Virus record (IMG/VR): IMGVR_UViG_3300029913_000003
Coordinates: 128,001-192,000 of that record
Length of the DNA stretch: 64,000 nt
Origin: a virus
Reading direction: 5' to 3' (one strand)
The position numbers were made by a program, and so were the translations under genes. Under the pieces are notes generated by a model that was not told the DNA's origin, searched no databases, and worked only from the letters and a program-made list of their open reading frames with translations. Below are positions 19,415-28,140 of this stretch, one piece after another. The number at the start of each line of letters is the position of its first letter. Within the stretch, counting starts at the first letter, position 1.

Positions 19415-19658
19415 AAAGTTTTTCTAATTTGATTTTTCTTTCTTCTTGTTTAGTATAAAAATACTGATGTAAATATGATTCACTAAAAAATGGTAATATT
19501 GTATTGAATTCTGATCTTAAATCATAAAAATATTCACTATAATCAGTTGAAAAATTTTTAATATCATCTACATAATAATATTTATCTTTAATAAATATTT
19601 TATCAATCTCCTCTTTACATAATAATCTATCTCCTACATTAATATTCTGTTTCTTCAT
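19407..19658 (-). CDS. GDKLLCKK/RKIKLEKL family member 5
   Basis: Conserved termini. Confidence 0.55.
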   Translation of the reverse strand: MKKQNINVGDRLLCKEEIDKIFIKDKYYYVDDIKNFSTDYSEYFYDLRSEFNTILPFFSESYLHQYFYTKQEERKIKLEKLYE

Positions 19659-19905
19659 AAAGTTTTTCTAATTTTAATTTTCTAATCTCATTTTTCATAA
19701 AAAAATGACCAACTAAATCATGTTCAGTTAAATAATATGAAAATATATTATTAGATTCACTTATATAACAGCAGTAAAAATCATTAAAAATACCACTAAA
19801 CATATTATCATGAAAAATATAATAATCACCTTCTATAATATGGTTACCATAATAAGTTAAATCCTTTTTACATAATATTTTATCACCATCATTAAAATTA
19901 TTCAT
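19639..19905 (-). CDS. GDKLLCKK/RKIKLEKL family member 6
   Basis: Conserved termini, with the variant FFMKNEIRKLKLEKLYEETEY. Confidence 0.55.
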   Translation of the reverse strand: MNNFNDGDKILCKKDLTYYGNHIIEGDYYIFHDNMFSGIFNDFYCCYISESNNIFSYYLTEHDLVGHFFMKNEIRKLKLEKLYEETEY

Positions 19906-20173
19906 AATTTTCTATTTTATCTAATTTTCTTTTTCTTTCTTCTTGTTTAGTATAAAAATATTCATATAAATCTTCTTCACCACAAAATAATATTAAATTA
20001 TCATCATCATCAAATAAATAATAATAATAAAAATCCACACCGCTTATAGTATTAGAAATAATATAAATTGATATCATAGCATAATATTTGTCTATTTTGA
20101 AATTTTTATTTATATTAATTATATTATATTTACATAATAAATTATCTCCTACTTTAAGATTTTGATTCTTCAT
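19898..20173 (-). CDS. GDKLLCKK/RKIKLEKL family member 7
   Basis: MKNQNLKVGDNLLCK...FYTKQEERKRKLDKIENYE. Confidence 0.55.
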   Translation of the reverse strand: MKNQNLKVGDNLLCKYNIININKNFKIDKYYAMISIYIISNTISGVDFYYYYLFDDDDNLILFCGEEDLYEYFYTKQEERKRKLDKIENYE

Positions 20174-20429
20174 AAAGTTTTTCTAATTTGATTTTTCTTT
20201 CTTCTTGTTTAGTATAAAAATATTCACAAAATTCTCCGTAATATCTAAAATTAACAGGTTGATATTGTTCACATATAAGCATATAAATATAATCAGTATA
20301 ATTATTATTAGTTGGAGTAATTTCACAAACATAATAATATTCAAATTCAATAAGATATGTACTTTCTGAATTAAAAAGATTTTTTTTGCATAATAATTTA
20401 TCTCCTACATTAATATTCTGCTTCTTCAT
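20154..20429 (-). CDS. GDKLLCKK/RKIKLEKL family member 8
   Basis: Conserved termini. Confidence 0.55.
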   Translation of the reverse strand: MKKQNINVGDKLLCKKNLFNSESTYLIEFEYYYVCEITPTNNNYTDYIYMLICEQYQPVNFRYYGEFCEYFYTKQEERKIKLEKLYEESKS

Positions 20430-20679
20430 AAAGTTTTTCTAATTTAATTTTTCTTTCTTCTTGTTTAGTATAAAAATATTTACAAAATTCTTTTTCATCA
20501 CAACATACCAATGATTCGAAATCGTCTAAATAATAGAAATAATAATCTTTACGAGCTACATTAATAATATCAATATATTTAATATAATAATATTTACCTT
20601 TTATAATATATGTAGAATTTGATAAAAAACTAATCTTACATAATAACTTATCTCCAATATTAATATTCTGCTTCTTCAT
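20410..20679 (-). CDS. GDKLLCKK/RKIKLEKL family member 9
   Basis: Conserved termini. Confidence 0.55.
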   Translation of the reverse strand: MKKQNINIGDKLLCKISFLSNSTYIIKGKYYYIKYIDIINVARKDYYFYYLDDFESLVCCDEKEFCKYFYTKQEERKIKLEKLYEEAEY

Positions 20680-20944
20680 TTTTTAATTTTTCTAATTTAA
20701 TTTTTCGTACTTCATTTTTAGTATAAAAATAATCATCAAATTCTTCTATATAATAGAAATCTTTATTGGTATCATCTATTATATTATATTTATAATAAAG
20801 TACATCAATGTCAGCACTCAAAAGTACATCAAAGTCAGCACTCAAAATTATATATTCTACACCTTTCGTTAATGTCAGATATGATTTATTAACATCAATT
20901 TTACACAATAATTTATCTCCTATATTAAAATTTTGATTCTTCAT
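20660..20944 (-). CDS. GDKLLCKK/RKIKLEKL family member 10
   Basis: Start moved to the internal MKNQNFNIGDKLLCK at 20944 to match the family and the 20-nt overlap rule. The ORF-track start at 21022 is probably over-extended. The core carries a 24-bp tandem duplication. Confidence 0.5.
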   Translation of the reverse strand: MKNQNFNIGDKLLCKIDVNKSYLTLTKGVEYIILSADFDVLLSADIDVLYYKYNIIDDTNKDFYYIEEFDDYFYTKNEVRKIKLEKLKNEEAEY

Positions 20945-21212
20945 GAAGTTTTTGTAATTTAATTTTTCTAGTTTCGTTTTTTGTGTAAAAATAAGTATAA
21001 ATATCTTCATATGAACAAACAATATTCATTTTTTCATTTCCTATGGTCATATAATAATATGCATTATCAATATTAAAAAATTTATTATCAATATTAAAAA
21101 ATTTAATATCATAAACAGTATAACATGAATTTAGTATATAATATTCAAAATTTGGATGAAATATACGTTTACATATTAATTCATCTCCTATATTAAGATT
21201 CTGTTCCTTCAT
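20925..21212 (-). CDS. GDKLLCKK/RKIKLEKL family member 11
   Basis: MKEQNLNIGDELICKR...FYTKNETRKIKLQKLHEESKF, with an internal 21-bp tandem duplication. Confidence 0.55.
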   Translation of the reverse strand: MKEQNLNIGDELICKRIFHPNFEYYILNSCYTVYDIKFFNIDNKFFNIDNAYYYMTIGNEKMNIVCSYEDIYTYFYTKNETRKIKLQKLHEESKF

Positions 21213-21462
21213 TACCCAACTTTTTTAATTTAATATTCCTAACTTCCTTCTCAGTGTAAAAAAATTCATAAATATCTTTTTCATACTGAACTTCTACCTT
21301 TACATTATTATCATCAATTATATAAATAAAAGTATAATATTCAGTCTCAAATAAACTATCACTTATAATATATTCGTTCCCTTTATGAATAGATATCTTA
21401 TGATGAATATAATCTTTTTTGCATAATAATTTATCTCCTACTTTAAAATTATGATCCTTCAT
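21193..21462 (-). CDS. GDKLLCKK/RKIKLEKL family member 12
   Basis: Conserved termini. Confidence 0.55.
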   Translation of the reverse strand: MKDHNFKVGDKLLCKKDYIHHKISIHKGNEYIISDSLFETEYYTFIYIIDDNNVKVEVQYEKDIYEFFYTEKEVRNIKLKKLGNEGTES

Positions 21463-21742
21463 TTATTTCATTTAATTTCATGCTTCTAATTTCATTTTTA
21501 GTATAAAAATAAGTATATAAATATCTTTCCATCCAAAATGAATATCGTTCATTATTATCATCAATTATATAATAAAAATATTCATTATAATCCACAAAAA
21601 TATCATTAATTAATCTAATTTCATCAACAACATAATATTTACCTTTTTTAAAAAATAATAATGAAGTATTATTAGATACCAATGATTTTAAATCATTTTT
21701 GCATAATAATTTATCTCCAATATTAAGATTCTGTTTATCCAT
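21449..21742 (-). CDS. GDKLLCKK/RKIKLEKL family member 13
   Basis: Conserved termini. Confidence 0.55.
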   Translation of the reverse strand: MDKQNLNIGDKLLCKNDLKSLVSNNTSLLFFKKGKYYVVDEIRLINDIFVDYNEYFYYIIDDNNERYSFWMERYLYTYFYTKNEIRSMKLNEINEGS

Positions 21743-22058
21743 TTATTTTCTGCAATTTCTTATTTCTTAATTCTTTTTTTTCATAAAAATAATCATGAAA
21801 AAAACTTTCAGACCAAAATGAACATGATTTATTCATTTCTCCATTTATATAATAAATATAATCATCTTGTCCAAATATATGATCACATGTATTCTTATAA
21901 GCATATTTATCATCTATTATTTTTATATCAACAATAGAATAATATTTATCTTTTATAAAATGAGAAAATATTATTAATTTATCATCACTAATTAAATTTT
22001 GAAATAAATCTTTTTTACATAATAACTTATCTCCTAAATTAATATTCTTTTTCGTCAT
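21735..22058 (-). CDS. GDKLLCKK/RKIKLEKL family member 14
   Basis: Conserved termini. Confidence 0.55.
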   Translation of the reverse strand: MTKKNINLGDKLLCKKDLFQNLISDDKLIIFSHFIKDKYYSIVDIKIIDDKYAYKNTCDHIFGQDDYIYYINGEMNKSCSFWSESFFHDYFYEKKELRNKKLQKING

Positions 22059-22305
22059 TTTTTAATTTGTTTAATTTTATTTTTCTTTCTTCTTGTTTAG
22101 TATAAAAAACATCATAAAAATCAACTTTACGTAGATATAATAAATTTTTGCTATTTTTTTCTTTTAATGAATAAAAATTACTACTATAAAATATGTTAGT
22201 ATTAACTATTTCATATTCTCTATCTTTATAAAAAACTTCAGTATAATTATAATAACTATTTTTGCATAATAATTTATCTCCAATATTAATATTCTGTTTA
22301 TCCAT
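22039..22305 (-). CDS. GDKLLCKK/RKIKLEKL family member 15, the most distal
   Basis: MDKQNINIGDKLLCKN...FYTKQEERKIKLNKLKNDEKEY. Confidence 0.55.
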   Translation of the reverse strand: MDKQNINIGDKLLCKNSYYNYTEVFYKDREYEIVNTNIFYSSNFYSLKEKNSKNLLYLRKVDFYDVFYTKQEERKIKLNKLKNDEKEY

Positions 22306-22488
22306 AAAGTGGTTCTAATTTTATTTTTCTATCATGAACTGTTGCTAATGTAAAGTAATTCTAAACTAATTTCATTGTTTTTCACCGAAATTAGAAACTC
22401 TGACTCCAACTGTATTCAATTTTCCATTCAATATCAAATATAATCATTTTATTCCGTATTATATGTATTTTTTAAATTTTTCTTTCAT

Positions 22489-22617
22489 CTATTCATATTT
22501 TAATCTGTAACATTTACCACCACTCTTAAATTCTATAACATCAAATCCAATATAAGTCCTTTCATTCACTGGAATAACCTTCTTTTTAGATCTTTTAATA
22601 GTCTTAATATCCTTCAT
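22489..22617 (-). CDS. 42-aa basic mini-ORF coupled to the RHH gene
   Basis: MKDIKTIKRSKKKVIPVNERTYIGFDVIEFKSGGKCYRLKYE. Its ATG overlaps the RHH stop as TAATG. It is below the ORF-track threshold. Confidence 0.25.
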   Translation of the reverse strand: MKDIKTIKRSKKKVIPVNERTYIGFDVIEFKSGGKCYRLKYE

Positions 22618-22775
22618 TAAATTTTTAATTTTTCAATTATTATCTTCTCAATATATCCAGAATAATTCTCAATCTCATTCTGCTCACAATATCTAACAAA
22701 CATATCATAAACCCTTGGATCTATCGAAAATGAAATCTTCTTCCTTTTTTGATCATCAGGTATCTTTTTCCGCAT
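22617..22775 (-). CDS. 52-aa ribbon-helix-helix (CopG/Arc-like) DNA-binding protein
   Basis: Hand translation gives MRKKIPDDQKRKKISFSIDPRVYDMFVRYCEQNEIENYSGYIEKIIIEKLKI, a beta-strand then helix-helix pattern typical of RHH. It is below the ORF-track threshold. Confidence 0.4.
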   Translation of the reverse strand: MRKKIPDDQKRKKISFSIDPRVYDMFVRYCEQNEIENYSGYIEKIIIEKLKI

Positions 22776-22909
22776 AATATAATTTTTATCTATTATATGA
22801 AAAATAATTTAAAAAGTTATTTTAAATTTTATATAGTAAGATTTTAGTAAAAATATAGCAATTTACGACCTTAAGTTATTTATATATAGAAGAAAAATAA
22901 CTAAAATAT

Positions 22910-23092
22910 ATGAAATCACCAAAGAAAAATAGAAAATTGTCGATATCTATATCACTAGACGTTAATATTATTAAACAAATAGATGATAATTTTACAAATA
23001 AATCAAAATTTTTAGAATATAGCATAATAGAAGAACTCTGTAAAGATCTAAAATTTAAAGATGAACTAAAAAATAAACATATTATACTATGA
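22910..23092 (+). CDS. RHH-like small DNA-binding protein divergent from 22617..22775
   Basis: KKNRKLSISISLDVNIIKQIDD...SKFLEYSIIEEL, and a 4-nt ATGA overlap with the downstream GIY-YIG gene. Confidence 0.4.
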   Translation: MKSPKKNRKLSISISLDVNIIKQIDDNFTNKSKFLEYSIIEELCKDLKFKDELKNKHIIL

Positions 23093-23739
23093 AATTAAAA
23101 TGGACTTATGAAAAATGTAAAGAAGAAGCTTTGAAATATAATACAAGAGGTAGCTTTAGTTTAAATTCTGGCTCTGCGTATTTCGCATCTGCAAAAAATA
23201 AATGGTTAGACGATATTTGTTCACATATGATTAAATTAAAACATCATGAAGATTATTGGACAAAAGAAATATGTTTAGAACTAGCATTAAAATGTAAAAA
23301 TAGAAAAGAATTTGGTGAAAAATATTATGCTGCTCATAACGTTTCTATAAAAAATAACTGGATAGATGAAATTTGTTCTCATATGATACAACCTAACGAT
23401 TTTTTAAGATGTATATATTCTTATGAATTTAGTGATAAGAATGTATATGTTGGCTTGACATATAATTTAAAAAATAGAAATAGTAGACATTTCAATGAAT
23501 ATAATAATAGTATTGTATATAAATATTTTAAAGAATTTAAATTAAATCCAACACTTATTCAATTAACAGATTATTTAAATATTAGTGATGCAAAAATTAT
23601 GGAAGAAACACATTTAGAAATATATAAAAAAAAATGGTTGGATTATTTTAAATACAGCGAAAACAGGAAGTTTAGGAGGAATTACTTTAATATGGACAAA
23701 AGAAAAATGTCAAGAAGTTGCATTACAATGCAAAACTAA
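23089..23739 (+). CDS. GIY-YIG homing-endonuclease-like protein with N-terminal WT(K/Y)EKC...(N/W)LD(D/E)ICSHM repeats; this is the frame-1 part
   Basis: GIY-YIG-like core CIYSYEF...NVYVGLTYNLKNRNSRH and two N-terminal ~45-aa repeats. The frame ends shortly after the A9 tract at 23626-23634. Confidence 0.6.
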   Translation: MKLKWTYEKCKEEALKYNTRGSFSLNSGSAYFASAKNKWLDDICSHMIKLKHHEDYWTKEICLELALKCKNRKEFGEKYYAAHNVSIKNNWIDEICSHMIQPNDFLRCIYSYEFSDKNVYVGLTYNLKNRNSRHFNEYNNSIVYKYFKEFKLNPTLIQLTDYLNISDAKIMEETHLEIYKKKWLDYFKYSENRKFRRNYFNMDKRKMSRSCITMQN

Positions 23740-23990
23740 AAGTGAATTTTACTTAAAATATGCAAGTGCTGCTGGATCAGCATTAAAAAATGGTTGGATT
23801 GATGATATATGTTCACACATGGAAAATAAAACAAAACCTAAAGGTTATTGGAATTATGAAAATTGTTTGAATGAAACAATAAAAATAAATAATAAAAAAT
23901 TATTAAATAGTTCTGGCGCTTATAAATCAATGATTAGAAATAATTGGAAAGATAAGATTTATGATTATATGAATTGGAATAAACAATAAT
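23618..23990 (+). pseudogene. +1-frame continuation of the GIY-YIG gene carrying two further repeats; a frameshift at A9, whether slippage, sequencing error or decay
   Basis: Frame 2 is open from 23618 and reads ...KNGWIILN...WTKEKCQEVALQCKTKSEFYLKYASAAGSALKNGWIDDICSHM...IRNNWKDKIYDYM. This continues the same repeat type as the N-terminus. Confidence 0.5.
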
Positions 23991-24026
23991 AATATTTTTA
24001 TATACAATAAATAAAATTACAATTAA

Positions 24027-25661
24027 ATGATTCAAATAGACGACAAAAAAATATTTTTTCCTCTCAAATACGAACCAAAATCTTACCAAATTGATGGACT
24101 AAATTTTATTAAAAATAGTATATTGACAGGTAAACGTTTTATTTTAGAAAATTTGCCGACTGGGGTTGGTAAGTCATTCATGGTCATAATGCTAGCCAAT
24201 TGGTATAAAGGATTCGTGAATCCAGATGCCAAATTTGATATTCTTACAGCATCGAAGGTACTTCAAGGCCAGTATATCAGAGATTTTCCGTTCATAAATG
24301 ATTATAGAGGCAAATCTAACTATTATTGTAAAGATTTTGATTGTGATTGCGGTACAGCTAAAGAACTCTGTGCTATAATGAAAAAACATTGTGATCAATG
24401 TCCATATGACATTGCTAAAAATTCCTGGATATCTGGAGATATAGGTTTGAGTAATTTTCATCTATTTGATACATTATCATTATTTCAACCTGATATTTTA
24501 AAAAGAAGAGATGGTAATGTACTTATAATTGATGAGTGTCAATCATTCGAAGAAACCTTCTCATCCTATCTTTCCTCAAAATTAAGTTCAAAAACTTTAA
24601 AAAGATGTGGATTTGGATTAAAAGAAATTGAAGAGATTGATAGCAAATATATTTCAAAAATTAAATTTTTAGATAAATATTTAGAATTTTTAGAAAGAAA
24701 GTTAATACCAATGTTAGAGAAAAAAAGAACTCAATTTGAATCTGATATTGCTGGATCATCAAAATCAAAACAAAAAGTAGAGTTATCTAAATATTTACAA
24801 AATATTGATAGTAAACTATTATCGTTTAAACATTTATTTGATTCACATAAAAATGATCCAGATAATGTAGTTCTTGATATCAATAAAAATAAGAGTGAAA
24901 AAAATTATAGTGGGATAGAGTTGGTAACTGAACATATTTTCGTTTATGAGTACCTAAATCAATATGTATGGTCTAAATACGATCATATAATTTTTATGTC
25001 TGCTTCTGTACTCGATTCTAAAATGTTTAGTTTCATTAATGGATTAGATGAAGAATTAACAAGTTATCATGAAATGGATTCTCCTTTTGAATTAAAAAAT
25101 CATCCTATATTTTATATGAAACTTGGTAAAATGTCTTTTTATAGTAAAGAAGAGACTTTTAAGAATCAGATACCTTGGATAAAAAAAATATTAGCTAAAT
25201 ATAAAAACAAAAAAGGAATAATTCACACATCAAATTATGAAATAACAGAATGGTTAAAAGAAAATATTATGGATGAAAGGTTATTATTTCACACTACTGA
25301 AGATAGAAATGAAATTCTTGAAAAACATTTAACAAGTACAGCTCCAACAGTTTTAGTAAGTCCATCTATGATGGAAGGAATTTCTTTAGATGATGAATTA
25401 GCTCGTTTTCAAATAGTGTTAAAAATATCATTCGCAAATTTGGGTAGTAAAAAAATTAAAGCAAGACAAAAAATGATGCCTGAATGGTATAGCTGGAATG
25501 CATGTGTTCAAACAATACAAGAAGTAGGTAGAGGAATTCGTAGTGAAACAGATTACTGCGATACGTTTATATTAGACTCAAACTTTTCAGATTTATTAAA
25601 ATATAATTCTAATATATTACCTAAGCACTTTACAGATTCTATAAAAGTTTTAAAAACATAA
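24027..25661 (+). CDS. DinG/XPD(Rad3)-family SF2 helicase with an FeS-cluster cysteine motif
   Basis: Walker A LPTGVGKS, DExQ LIIDECQ, a four-Cys insert CKDFDCDCGTAKELCAIMKKHCDQC between motifs I and II, and motif VI QEVGRGIRSETDYCDTFILD. Confidence 0.65.
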   Translation: MIQIDDKKIFFPLKYEPKSYQIDGLNFIKNSILTGKRFILENLPTGVGKSFMVIMLANWYKGFVNPDAKFDILTASKVLQGQYIRDFPFINDYRGKSNYYCKDFDCDCGTAKELCAIMKKHCDQCPYDIAKNSWISGDIGLSNFHLFDTLSLFQPDILKRRDGNVLIIDECQSFEETFSSYLSSKLSSKTLKRCGFGLKEIEEIDSKYISKIKFLDKYLEFLERKLIPMLEKKRTQFESDIAGSSKSKQKVELSKYLQNIDSKLLSFKHLFDSHKNDPDNVVLDINKNKSEKNYSGIELVTEHIFVYEYLNQYVWSKYDHIIFMSASVLDSKMFSFINGLDEELTSYHEMDSPFELKNHPIFYMKLGKMSFYSKEETFKNQIPWIKKILAKYKNKKGIIHTSNYEITEWLKENIMDERLLFHTTEDRNEILEKHLTSTAPTVLVSPSMMEGISLDDELARFQIVLKISFANLGSKKIKARQKMMPEWYSWNACVQTIQEVGRGIRSETDYCDTFILDSNFSDLLKYNSNILPKHFTDSIKVLKT

Positions 25662-25710
25662 TTAATAATAATGAATAATAGTTCATTATTTTTCATTATC
25701 TTTATATAAT

Positions 25711-26034
25711 ATGAAAGAGATAGAAGAATGGTTTTATGATTGTAAATTTATTTATTTTAGTTTCAATTTAGATATTGAGCCTACAAATAAAATAAATGAA
25801 TTTAGAATAATAGCAGAATCTGAAATACCTAAGATACCAAATAAATATATATCTGGATTTTATGGATATGTAGAAAAAGGAATATCATATTGTTGGTTAG
25901 ATTTAATAAATTGTAACATTATCATGACTGATTATGATCATAGTATTATACCATCTGTATTTGAGTTTAATAGAACTGATTGGATTAAGAATAAAAGAAA
26001 GAAAAAATTAGAAAATATAATTAATAATGTATAA
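25711..26034 (+). CDS. hypothetical protein
   Basis: 107-aa ORF. Confidence 0.4.
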   Translation: MKEIEEWFYDCKFIYFSFNLDIEPTNKINEFRIIAESEIPKIPNKYISGFYGYVEKGISYCWLDLINCNIIMTDYDHSIIPSVFEFNRTDWIKNKRKKKLENIINNV

Positions 26035-26311
26035 AGTTGGCGATAAAGTTTTTTGCATAAAGGACTGTTACAGAGAGTTTGATAAACTATTGATTTTTAA
26101 AAAAAATTATTCATATTTTATTTACGAGAAAAAAGATTATAATAATATTATTGTAATAAAATACACTAATGATGGTTATGGTTGTGATGGTGATGGTTGG
26201 TATTCATTTTGGTTCACCCCAAGAATGGAAGATTATGATTTTGATACATATTTTTGTGATTTAAAAGAATTTAGAAAAAATAAATTAGAAAAAATAATTA
26301 AAGAATGTTAG
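26027..26311 (+). CDS. dispersed member of the GDK...C / RKxKLxKL small-protein superfamily
   Basis: MYKVGDKVFCIKD...FRKNKLEKIIKEC. Confidence 0.5.
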   Translation: MYKVGDKVFCIKDCYREFDKLLIFKKNYSYFIYEKKDYNNIIVIKYTNDGYGCDGDGWYSFWFTPRMEDYDFDTYFCDLKEFRKNKLEKIIKEC

Positions 26312-26385
26312 TAATTACAAAAGAAGAGATAAAGTTTACTGTAAGAAAAATACAGAAAAAAAAAAATAAAAAAAAATATTAGAAC

Positions 26386-26685
26386 ATGAAAAATAAAGAA
26401 GAAATATTAATTTGTAGTTGTCATTCAACTGATCATCAACTTATATTTTTATATGAAGAAGATATAACAGAATCAGGTAAAATTGATCCTATATGTTATG
26501 CTCATGTATTATTAAATAGAAGATCATTTTGGAATAGATTAAAATATGGTATTAAATATATTTTTGGTTATAGATGTAGGTATGGCGCATTTGATGAATT
26601 TATTTTTAAACCTGAAGATGCTTATAAAATTCAAAGATTAGCTAATTATTTAAAAAGTGAGTTAGAAAATGCGTCCAAAGATTAA
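26386..26685 (+). CDS. hypothetical Cys/His-containing small protein
   Basis: CSCHSTDHQ...CYAH. Confidence 0.4.
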   Translation: MKNKEEILICSCHSTDHQLIFLYEEDITESGKIDPICYAHVLLNRRSFWNRLKYGIKYIFGYRCRYGAFDEFIFKPEDAYKIQRLANYLKSELENASKD

Positions 26686-26923
26686 TGAATATTATTATTG
26701 CAAGAAAGCAATGAAATTTTTATTTAATAATGACTATTTTGAAAAAGGAAAACATTATAAAGTTTCAGATCGTCATCATGGTGACGTAGTTATAATTTCT
26801 AATATTGGTGAAATGGTGTTCTCATTAGAGAATCATATGAGTTATTTGTATTTTTATGAATATTTTGGAACTATTAAAGAAGAAAGAAAAGAAAAATTAA
26901 ATAAGTTATTAAATGCATCCTAA
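26669..26923 (+). CDS. RKxKLxKL superfamily small protein
   Basis: ...YFGTIKEERKEKLNKLLNAS, paralogous to 26913..27191. Confidence 0.5.
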   Translation: MRPKINEYYYCKKAMKFLFNNDYFEKGKHYKVSDRHHGDVVIISNIGEMVFSLENHMSYLYFYEYFGTIKEERKEKLNKLLNAS

Positions 26924-27191
26924 GATTAATGAATTATATTTTTGTAAAAAGACATTAAATACAACTCTTAATAATTTTCCTGAATTAGAAAAAGGAAAAT
27001 ATTATAAATTAACTCATATATATGATAGTGTTATTACAATTATACTTAATGATAAAATTAGTGAAATATCATTTTCATTAGATGATGAATATGATGAATA
27101 TAGTGTTTATTTTTATTTTTATGAATATTTTGGAGATAATCAAGATGCAAGAAAATATAAATTAAATAAGTTATTAAATGATAATGTATAA
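26913..27191 (+). CDS. RKxKLxKL superfamily small protein
   Basis: MHPKINELYFCKK...ARKYKLNKLLNDNV. Confidence 0.5.
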   Translation: MHPKINELYFCKKTLNTTLNNFPELEKGKYYKLTHIYDSVITIILNDKISEISFSLDDEYDEYSVYFYFYEYFGDNQDARKYKLNKLLNDNV

Positions 27192-27717
27192 ATTTTTAGA
27201 TGTTGAATGTAAGATTGATTTTGATTCTTTTTTATCTATAGATTCCGTAACAGGTAGATTATATAAAAAAGATTTTGAGTCATTTTATTCTTTATATGAG
27301 TACATTGAATTCAATTTGAAGGATATTACTCATATATTATTTGATGACTATGAGTACTACTTAAATCATGGTAAACTTCATAATTTGTATGGTCCTGCTA
27401 TGATAAAATATAATGTTACTAGTGAATTTAGTCCAACTCAATTTAATATTAATAAATTTTATATTGATGGTAAATTAGTAGTTGATGATATAATGAGTAC
27501 AAAAGGTTGTCGTAAATTAGAATTCTTTAAGTCAAGAGAAATTTTTTTCTATAAAGAGTTAACAAATAAAAAATCAGGACGAGATGAACTAACTGGAATT
27601 TTTTACAGAAGAAAAGAAGGAATTGATTATGAAAAAACTATCATAAATCTTAATGATAGAATTAGAATTGATCAAAGAAAATTAAAATTAATATCATTAA
27701 AAAATGTCAATATTTAA
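27178..27717 (+). CDS. hypothetical protein
   Basis: 179-aa ORF. Confidence 0.45.
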   Translation: MIMYKFLDVECKIDFDSFLSIDSVTGRLYKKDFESFYSLYEYIEFNLKDITHILFDDYEYYLNHGKLHNLYGPAMIKYNVTSEFSPTQFNINKFYIDGKLVVDDIMSTKGCRKLEFFKSREIFFYKELTNKKSGRDELTGIFYRRKEGIDYEKTIINLNDRIRIDQRKLKLISLKNVNI

Positions 27718-27775
27718 TTTAAATAAATTATTAGACTTTCCAGATAATCCTATTGAAGTGTATTTATGATATAAA

Positions 27776-27834
27776 CAAAAAAGTCAGTTTAAAAACTGAC
27801 TTTTTTAATATTTTGTCAGTTTGTAAACTGACTT
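27776..27834. terminator. two consecutive hairpins between convergent genes
   Basis: aaaagtcagttt-aa-aaactgactttt followed by gtcagttt-gt-aaactgac. Confidence 0.5.
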
Positions 27835-27840
27835 TTTATA

Positions 27841-28137
27841 TTATAAACTATCTTTTTTATTTTTAACAATAGGTACAAAAAACTTATGATGCTTTACAGG
27901 TCTTATAGTATCATATACAGGAATTGTATCATAAATTATCTGTTTAACAATTGGAATTACAGGTTTTTCTGCTGCTTCTTTTGCTTCAACTTCTGCTTTA
28001 TGTTTATCTTCAATTTTATTATAAGAAAATATAACAAAAGATATAATAATAACAGCAGCAAAAAATACAACTGCAGAATAAAAAATTAATCCTATATAAT
28101 ATAAAGATTTGAATTTATTTTTATTAATTTTTTTCAT
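27841..28137 (-). CDS. small single-pass membrane protein
   Basis: One TM helix LYYIGLIFYSAVVFFAAVIIISFVIF followed by a charged tail. Confidence 0.5.
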   Translation of the reverse strand: MKKINKNKFKSLYYIGLIFYSAVVFFAAVIIISFVIFSYNKIEDKHKAEVEAKEAAEKPVIPIVKQIIYDTIPVYDTIRPVKHHKFFVPIVKNKKDSL

Positions 28138-28140
28138 TTT

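Larger units (their letters stand above)
18404..22305 (-). repeat. tandem array of 15 overlapping paralogous ~88-aa genes
   Basis: Each unit is about 250-320 bp. The consensus N-terminus is MKxQN(I/L)NVGDKLLCKK and the consensus C-terminus is (Y/F)FYTKQEERKIKLEKLYEE. Cores are hypervariable. Adjacent genes overlap by about 20 nt. Confidence 0.85.

Noticed and set aside
22306-22488. Possible tRNA or ncRNA in the 183-bp gap downstream of the tandem array
   Set aside because: No cloverleaf-compatible GC-rich stems or conserved T-loop (GTTC) were found by eye, so no RNA gene can be supported.
24027-25661. DinG helicase as evidence for a type IV CRISPR system
   Set aside because: It is about 8 kb away on the opposite strand with unrelated genes between. 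The locus already has a Cas3 effector.
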